Source: Candidatus Nanopelagicales bacterium | Lineage (GTDB): Bacteria > Actinomycetota > Actinomycetes > S36-B12 > UBA10799 | Reading direction: 5' to 3' | NCBI GenBank assembly: GCA_030157755.1 | Contig: JAOAUD010000148.1 | Coordinates: forward strand, 1 to 42,779 | Length of the DNA stretch: 42,779 bases | Part shown: one piece after another, positions 37,435 to 42,779 of the stretch | How the letters are laid out: each line of letters starts with the position of its first letter | How positions within the stretch are numbered: position 1 is the first letter of the stretch | Made by a program: the position numbers and the translations under genes | Notes under the pieces: generated by a model | Seen by the model: only the letters and a program-made list of their open reading frames with translations | The model's database searches: none | What the model was told of the DNA's origin: nothing

Positions 37435-37443
37435 CTTTCACGA
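37426..37443. promoter_or_regulatory. Rex (redox-sensing repressor) operator-like palindrome TTGTGAA-AACT-TTCACGA
   Basis: It matches the published Rex consensus TTGTGAA-N4-TTCACAA at 13 of 14 defined positions. It lies 63-80 bp upstream of the menJ start codon. Confidence 0.55.
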
Positions 37444-37543
37444 AGTCGTTTTGCGGGAGTCTACGCCCGGCAAGGCTTGTCGTCATTTCAGGCGTCCCCC
37501 GGTCTGCATTCGACATGCGACGAGGTCTGAATTGACCTGGAAG

Positions 37544-38236
37544 CTACAGCCGCACGGCACGGTGCAGCGCCACGATTCCACCGGTCAGATTGCGCCATTG
37601 GACATCGACCCATCCTGCACGCGCAATGATGTGCGACAGCTCCTCCTGGTCTGGCCATTCACGAATTGACTCGGCGAGATACACGTAGGCCTCGGGGTTA
37701 GACGCCACCTTTTCAGCGACCTGCGGCAGGTACTTCATCAGGTACTCGAGGTAGACGGTTCGGAACAGTTCATGTGACGGGCGGCTGAATTCACAGATCA
37801 CGAGTCGACCGCCAGGGCGGGTGACTCGGCGCATCTCGCGAAGTGCGGCTTCGGTATCAACCACATTGCGCAGGCCAAACGAAATCGTGACGGCGTCGAA
37901 CGTGTCGTCGGCAAACGGCAAGTGCAGCGCGTCACCGGCAGTAAATGGCAGCTCTGGCAATCGGCGGCGGCCCTCGGTGAGCATCCCGATGCTGAAGTCG
38001 CATGGGACTGCAAAGGCGCCCGCTTGTTCAAACGGAAGGGTGCTCGACCCGGTTCCGGCGGCGAGGTCGAGGATTCGATCATCCGGATTGGGCTCGAGTG
38101 CCCGCACGGTGGCCTTGCGCCAAGCGCGCGTCTGGCCGAACGCAAGCACGTCGTTGGTGATGTCGTAACGAGCAGCGACCTGGTCAAACATGGAGGCGAC
38201 CTGGCTCGGTTGTTTGTGCAAATCTGCGCGTGTCAC
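37544..38236 (-). CDS. menG: Demethylmenaquinone methyltransferase (UbiE/MenG family)
   Basis: 230 aa. The [25 protein letters not shown]-terminus is characteristic of UbiE/MenG. SAM motif ILDLAAGTG. Confidence 0.9.
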   Translation of the reverse strand: MTRADLHKQPSQVASMFDQVAARYDITNDVLAFGQTRAWRKATVRALEPNPDDRILDLAAGTGSSTLPFEQAGAFAVPCDFSIGMLTEGRRRLPELPFTAGDALHLPFADDTFDAVTISFGLRNVVDTEAALREMRRVTRPGGRLVICEFSRPSHELFRTVYLEYLMKYLPQVAEKVASNPEAYVYLAESIREWPDQEELSHIIARAGWVDVQWRNLTGGIVALHRAVRL

Positions 38237-38326
38237 GCGCCAAACCTACGCCGAAGCGATGCGTGAGCTCGACGTGGGGAAACTCTTGCGGGGAAACGTC
38301 GACACCCACCGCGTAACCTTGGGGCC

Positions 38327-39613
38327 GTGAGCGCTGACCCGACGTCCCCATTGCGCTCGGACGACGACCACGGTGTGACGGGTCAACTTCGCGTCCGAAC
38401 GATTCCGATCCCTGAAGTCGATGACCTGCTGGCATTGCTGCCGAGCCACGATGCGGTGTCCTGGGTACGCGAGGGCGAGGGGCTGGTCGGGTGGGGCGAG
38501 GCAGCTCGCTTCGAGGTTGACGGCGCTGAACGCTTCAGCCGGGCAAGTCGGTGGTGGGCCCGCACGTGTTCCGAAGCATCAGTTGATGACTCCGTGATGC
38601 GCCCTGGTTCAGGTCCGGTTGTGTTTGCTTCGTTCGCATTTGACTCACGCCCCGGCAGCAGTGTGTTGGTTGTTCCGAATGTTGTTGTCGGGATGCGGGA
38701 TGGCAAAGCCTGGCTGACGGTGATGTCGACCGACGGCGAGCCCGTTGATGTCGACGTCACAGCGACACCGACTCCGCCAACTCCAGGCCACGTGAGTTCC
38801 GATGTCGCGGGCCGTCAAATCGGGCAGTGGAAGGCAAGCGTCACCGAGGCCATCGCTCGGATCAACGCCGGTGAACTCGACAAGGTTGTGCTCGCCCGCG
38901 ACGTCGTGGTGACGAGCGAAAGGCCACTTGATCCGCGGCACCTCTTGAACCGACTGTCCGCCGCGTTCCCCGGATGCTGGGCATTCTGCGTCGATGGTTT
39001 GGTTGGCGCCACTCCGGAACTCCTGGTCCGCCGCGAAGGTGACCAGATCACCAGCCGGGTGTTGGCCGGCACCGTGCGATCCGACGAGGACAGCGGCGAG
39101 GACGGTCGGCTTGCTCAGGAACTCCTCGGCTCGGACAAGGACCAGGAGGAACATTCCTACGCCGTGACATCTGTCGCCGCAGCTTTGTCCGCTCACTGCG
39201 CGGATCTTGTTGTGCCGATCAGGCCGAGCGTTCTGCGACTGGCAAACGTTCAGCACCTCGCAACCGACGTTTCCGGACTGCTCGTCGATGACACCCCGGT
39301 TCTCGCCCTCGCCGCTTCGTTGCATCCGACGGCTGCCGTCTGTGGGACCCCGACCGAGCGTGCGTTCAGCCTCATTCGCCGCATCGAACAACTCGACCGT
39401 GGCCGCTATGCCGGTCCGGTCGGCTGGATGGATGCACATGGCGATGGCGAATTTGGAATTGCGTTGCGCTGTGGAGCGATCGAAAAGGCCGCGCCGAACC
39501 GAATCCGGTTATTCGCCGGATGCGGGATTGTTGCGGGTTCAGATCCAGCTGCCGAGGTCGAGGAGTCCGAGGCGAAGCTGCTCGCGATGCGCCACGCGCT
39601 GAGTTCCGACTGA
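38327..39613 (+). CDS. menF: Isochorismate synthase (menaquinone-specific)
   Basis: 428 aa chorismate-binding enzyme: KVVLARD, ATPELLVRR, HPTAAVCGTP, RGRYAGPVGW, IALRCG, AGCGIVAGSDP. GTG start at 38327. Confidence 0.87.
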   Translation: MSADPTSPLRSDDDHGVTGQLRVRTIPIPEVDDLLALLPSHDAVSWVREGEGLVGWGEAARFEVDGAERFSRASRWWARTCSEASVDDSVMRPGSGPVVFASFAFDSRPGSSVLVVPNVVVGMRDGKAWLTVMSTDGEPVDVDVTATPTPPTPGHVSSDVAGRQIGQWKASVTEAIARINAGELDKVVLARDVVVTSERPLDPRHLLNRLSAAFPGCWAFCVDGLVGATPELLVRREGDQITSRVLAGTVRSDEDSGEDGRLAQELLGSDKDQEEHSYAVTSVAAALSAHCADLVVPIRPSVLRLANVQHLATDVSGLLVDDTPVLALAASLHPTAAVCGTPTERAFSLIRRIEQLDRGRYAGPVGWMDAHGDGEFGIALRCGAIEKAAPNRIRLFAGCGIVAGSDPAAEVEESEAKLLAMRHALSSD

Positions 39614-39631
39614 CCCAAGCTGTATGCGCCG

Positions 39632-40768
39632 TCAGCCTTGCTGGGCAGCGAGGATGCGTCGAGCCGAATCGATCGCCTGTTCGCGAGGCAACCGCCCAGT
39701 TTCGATCGCACGGCTGATCGCATTGCGAATCTTGAGCGGATTGCCGGATTGAATCAGGGCGAGGTCAGCGCCATTTATCAACGCTCGCACAGCGGCCTGG
39801 GACTGTGACTGTTCCATCACTGTCGTAACCGCCGCCATTGCGAGCGAGTCCGTAATGATCAACGTTTTGTCGCCAGCCTGGCTGCGCAATACTGAAAGCG
39901 CTGCCCGCGACTGGGTACCTGGAATTCCTCCGGTGAGGCCTGGGATCACGGCGTGGCTGACCATCACACCACCGACGCCTGCCGCGAACGCTGTTTGGAA
40001 GGGGACGAGGTCGCGCTTCTTCAACTTCGACCAACGTGGGGTCTTGCCTCCGGCAACGTGGGTGTCAGTGACGGCCCCACCACCTGGCCAGTGCTTGACG
40101 GTGGCCATGACGCCTGCGTCCTTGAGGCCAGCAGCGAACGCGCTCACGTACACGCCGTTGCGCTTCGGATTCGACTTGAAGGCGCGGCCGTCTGTGTCAG
40201 TCCACGATCCCGGGTAAGAAAGATCCGCGACCGGCGCAAGATCCGTGCCGATGCCGATCTTCTTCATTCGCTTGCCGAACTTGAACGCCAGTGCCCGCGT
40301 TTGCTCAGGTGTCTTGGTTTGGCCAATCGTCTTGGCGCTTGGCATCTTGCCGATCAGAGTTGCCATTCGTTGAACATTGCCACCCTCTTCGTCACTGGAA
40401 ACCAGCAACCGCCCGCCCGGGGCAACGGCGCGCAGGCCAGCGATCTTCTTCGCCAGATTCGCCGGTGGCGTGCCGAACAACACGATGCCACCGATTCCCT
40501 CAGCGACCGCGGGTTTGACCTTCTTCAGTTGGGTGGAGGTGGCGCCAACCAGGAGCAGCTGCGCAGCCAATTGTTGATCGGTCCAGGTTGCAGGGTCGCC
40601 CAGATCTCCGGGGCGCGTTTGCGGTTGCTCTGCCACCGATGTGGTGACTGCCGCCAAGGCATCGACCGGGTCCGCACTAGCCGGGGCCGGAATCCCGATC
40701 AGGGCAACACCTACCGCAGCGCCTAGCGAACACACAGCAACATACTTAAAGTCAGACAAAATCCCCAC
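39632..40768 (-). CDS. Glycoside hydrolase family 3 N-terminal-domain protein (NagZ/LpqI-like beta-N-acetylhexosaminidase), secreted or lipoprotein
   Basis: 378 aa. N-terminal signal sequence (GILSDFKYVAVCSLGAAVGVALIGIPAPASA) and GH3 signatures (VSSDEEGGNVQR, ATVKHWPGGG, VITDSLAM). Confidence 0.83.
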   Translation of the reverse strand: MGILSDFKYVAVCSLGAAVGVALIGIPAPASADPVDALAAVTTSVAEQPQTRPGDLGDPATWTDQQLAAQLLLVGATSTQLKKVKPAVAEGIGGIVLFGTPPANLAKKIAGLRAVAPGGRLLVSSDEEGGNVQRMATLIGKMPSAKTIGQTKTPEQTRALAFKFGKRMKKIGIGTDLAPVADLSYPGSWTDTDGRAFKSNPKRNGVYVSAFAAGLKDAGVMATVKHWPGGGAVTDTHVAGGKTPRWSKLKKRDLVPFQTAFAAGVGGVMVSHAVIPGLTGGIPGTQSRAALSVLRSQAGDKTLIITDSLAMAAVTTVMEQSQSQAAVRALINGADLALIQSGNPLKIRNAISRAIETGRLPREQAIDSARRILAAQQG

Positions 40769-40842
40769 CGCATGAGGGTACGCAAGCTACCGCCTGCAAC
40801 GTCACCTGGCGGGGGCAATAGCCGCGATTAACAACCGCAAAG

Positions 40843-42567
40843 TCAGTGTCCCCTGAGCAGAGCCGCCCATTGGGCTTGTTCATCGTCACGAGCGACTGTG
40901 TTCGCGATGATGATGTCTACCCCCACAGAAGGTTCGTCGAGGGCGGCAGTCAACTCTTGCGCGTCTTGAACGACAGTGGTGGAAATCCCGGTCGCGCGCG
41001 CAATTTCCTCAAGATCGAGATCATGTGGCGTCCCGAAAACTCGCTCGAAGTCAGAAGCGAATGCCGAATCACCTTGTTCCAACGACGAGAAGATCCCACC
41101 GCCGTTGTTGTCGGCCACAACAATCGTCAAGTTCGGTCGTTCCTCCGCTGCCGGAGCCAACAGCCCATTGTGATCGTGCAGGAATGCGAGGTCACCAAGG
41201 ATTGCGACCGTCCGCCCATCCGGGGATCGCCGCTGATGTGCCAACGCCGCACCCCAGGCCGTGGATATCAATCCGTCAATTCCGGACGTCCCCCGGTTTC
41301 CCAGGACCCAAGGTGGGAAATGGCGAGAGGTCATCGTCGCCTCCAGGTTTCGGACTGTCCGACTTGCCGCAGCGAAGAGCAGGTCATCAGATTCGGTGGC
41401 TGCCCAGCAGGTTGAGGTGACCGCCAGACCGCTGAAGGGACCAGTCGCGATTGCCGCCGCAATACGCTCTTGGGTGGCTGCGGACTTGATGAGCCAGTCG
41501 CGAAGCCATTGGTCGTCGCGCGATGCCGTCCCAATCACTGGATCACCATCTGGTGGCCGCGGGACGCCCGGCAAGATCGCTGCCGCAGTCCGCAGCGGAT
41601 CCGGTCGATCCTTGCCACCGACGGCAACTGCCAGATGGTGATTGGCCGATGCGACGAGCCTCATTATCGGGCGACTGATTCCAAATCGACCGATGGACAA
41701 GAGGAAGTCGGGCGCGTGAGAAGTCCGGAATTCTTCGTCGGCCAAGAGGACCGACGCAGCGGGTATTCCGGTCGCCCCTGCTAGCGCATTGCCGCTGGGC
41801 TCGCTGATGACCGGCCAGCCACACGCATCTGCCAGTTCCATCGCCTGCTGCGCGATCTGAGGATTCGGAACATCCCCGACGAGAACGACACCACGCGCTG
41901 GGACCTCAGCAAGCCCAAGGTCGCCGACGGCAAAGTTGATCGGTTCGCGCAGCACGCCCGGCGCTTGCAGCTCCGAGGTCTCGGCGGAATCAATCGAAAT
42001 CTGGTCGACCCCAGGATCGGGAACCAACGGTTCTCGAAGGCCGACGTTCAACTGCACCGGAGCTGGTCCTGGATGACCGATTCCGATGGCGTCGCGGACA
42101 ACGCGGTCAGTCACCTTTCGCCACGTGGACTCCGGATCGGCATCCTGTCCGAGCGCAAACAGGTCGACCGCCGTCCGTACCTGCTGACCGAAGAATCCCA
42201 CCTGATCAATCGTCTGGTTCGCGCCCACTCCGCGAAGCTCCGGTGGGCGGTCTGCCGTGATCACGATGAGTGGCAGGCCCGAGTAGGCGGCCTCTACTAC
42301 TGCCGGAGCCAGGTTGGCGACAGCGGTTCCGCTCGTGCACACCACAGCAACGGGTTGACCCGACACCTTGGCGATGCCCACCGCCAAGAAGGCGGCACTG
42401 CGTTCGTCGATCCGGACGTGCAGCCGAATGGCGCCTACCCGTTCAGCCGCGGCCAGTCGCAGCGCCAGTGGTGTTGATCGTGAACCTGGAGCCAGCACCA
42501 CATCTGTGACCCCATGTGCCAGCAGGCGGTCGATCACCACCCCGGCAATGGCAGTCGACTCGTTCAC
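40843..42567 (-). CDS. menD: 2-succinyl-5-enolpyruvyl-6-hydroxy-3-cyclohexene-1-carboxylate (SEPHCHC) synthase
   Basis: 574 aa TPP enzyme. N-terminal VLAPGSRSTPL and ERSAAFLAVG, C-terminal TPP motif ILGDLAFLHDHNGL...VVADNNGGGIF. Confidence 0.92.
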   Translation of the reverse strand: MNESTAIAGVVIDRLLAHGVTDVVLAPGSRSTPLALRLAAAERVGAIRLHVRIDERSAAFLAVGIAKVSGQPVAVVCTSGTAVANLAPAVVEAAYSGLPLIVITADRPPELRGVGANQTIDQVGFFGQQVRTAVDLFALGQDADPESTWRKVTDRVVRDAIGIGHPGPAPVQLNVGLREPLVPDPGVDQISIDSAETSELQAPGVLREPINFAVGDLGLAEVPARGVVLVGDVPNPQIAQQAMELADACGWPVISEPSGNALAGATGIPAASVLLADEEFRTSHAPDFLLSIGRFGISRPIMRLVASANHHLAVAVGGKDRPDPLRTAAAILPGVPRPPDGDPVIGTASRDDQWLRDWLIKSAATQERIAAAIATGPFSGLAVTSTCWAATESDDLLFAAASRTVRNLEATMTSRHFPPWVLGNRGTSGIDGLISTAWGAALAHQRRSPDGRTVAILGDLAFLHDHNGLLAPAAEERPNLTIVVADNNGGGIFSSLEQGDSAFASDFERVFGTPHDLDLEEIARATGISTTVVQDAQELTAALDEPSVGVDIIIANTVARDDEQAQWAALLRGH

Positions 42568-42779
42568 GGGTGCGAGTCTGCCGCCATTCGGTGAGATTGG
42601 CTAACTGAGGCGCCGAATCCACCGAATGGCGCTGATCGCGTCGGAAATCAGCCGATCCACGAGCCAGCGAGCTGGTTGGCGCCCGCCTCCCATGCCCTCG
42701 CCAACCGGTCGAGCCACCAAGCGCGCCGCTGCTGGCTGGGGTCTGCCCCCTGTGCTGGTCGTGGGCAGGCGTCTCCCTT

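Noticed and set aside
42601-42779. Open frames on both strands at the right edge: a minus-strand frame ending in TAG at 42601-42603 (...WLVDRLISDAISAIRWIRRLS), and a plus-strand frame from the ATG at 42626.
   Set aside because: Each is under 60 codons, both frames are similarly GC3-rich, the translations are Arg/Pro/Gly-heavy, and there are no recognisable motifs. I cannot decide which, if either, is coding without the flanking sequence.
1-42779. Search for CRISPR arrays, insertion sequences, toxin-antitoxin pairs or known defence-system genes.
   Set aside because: I saw no regularly spaced direct repeats and no transposase, integrase, nuclease or ATPase defence-type ORFs. Every substantial ORF is accounted for by housekeeping, respiratory or metabolic functions.

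Overview
GC-rich chromosomal core region with the gene order typical of Actinomycetota. Almost everything is on the minus strand. From left to right: (1) the rplA/rplK-nusG-secE-tRNA-Trp cluster, then aspC, murB, an SDR plus HadA/HadB-like dehydratase operon, rpmG and tRNA-Met/tRNA-Thr. (2) A small tRNA-bounded stretch with a Tat-type secreted protein of unknown function, a TetR regulator and glycerol dehydrogenase, followed by tRNA-Tyr, yajQ and a Nudix hydrolase. (3) A stand-alone, translationally coupled NuoB-like/NuoC-like/NuoI-like triad, divergent from 2-oxoglutarate:ferredoxin oxidoreductase korAB. (4) A PIG-L deacetylase, an acyl-CoA dehydrogenase and an S1 protease lipoprotein. (5) A respiratory/menaquinone block: polyprenyl diphosphate synthase, the complete nuoN-to-nuoA complex I operon, a MenJ-like geranylgeranyl reductase, menG/ubiE, menF, a GH3 hydrolase and menD. 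I saw no CRISPR array, transposase, integrase or prophage signature. The most unusual item is the orphan NuoB/C/I-like iron-sulfur module next to korAB, which has no NuoD-type or membrane partner. Other points of interest are a near-consensus Rex operator upstream of menJ-nuo, a roughly 250-aa acidic repeat extension on NusG, a long structured rplK-rplA spacer, and candidate TetR operator half-sites. All calls rest on reading the sequence and the supplied translations; no database search was run.
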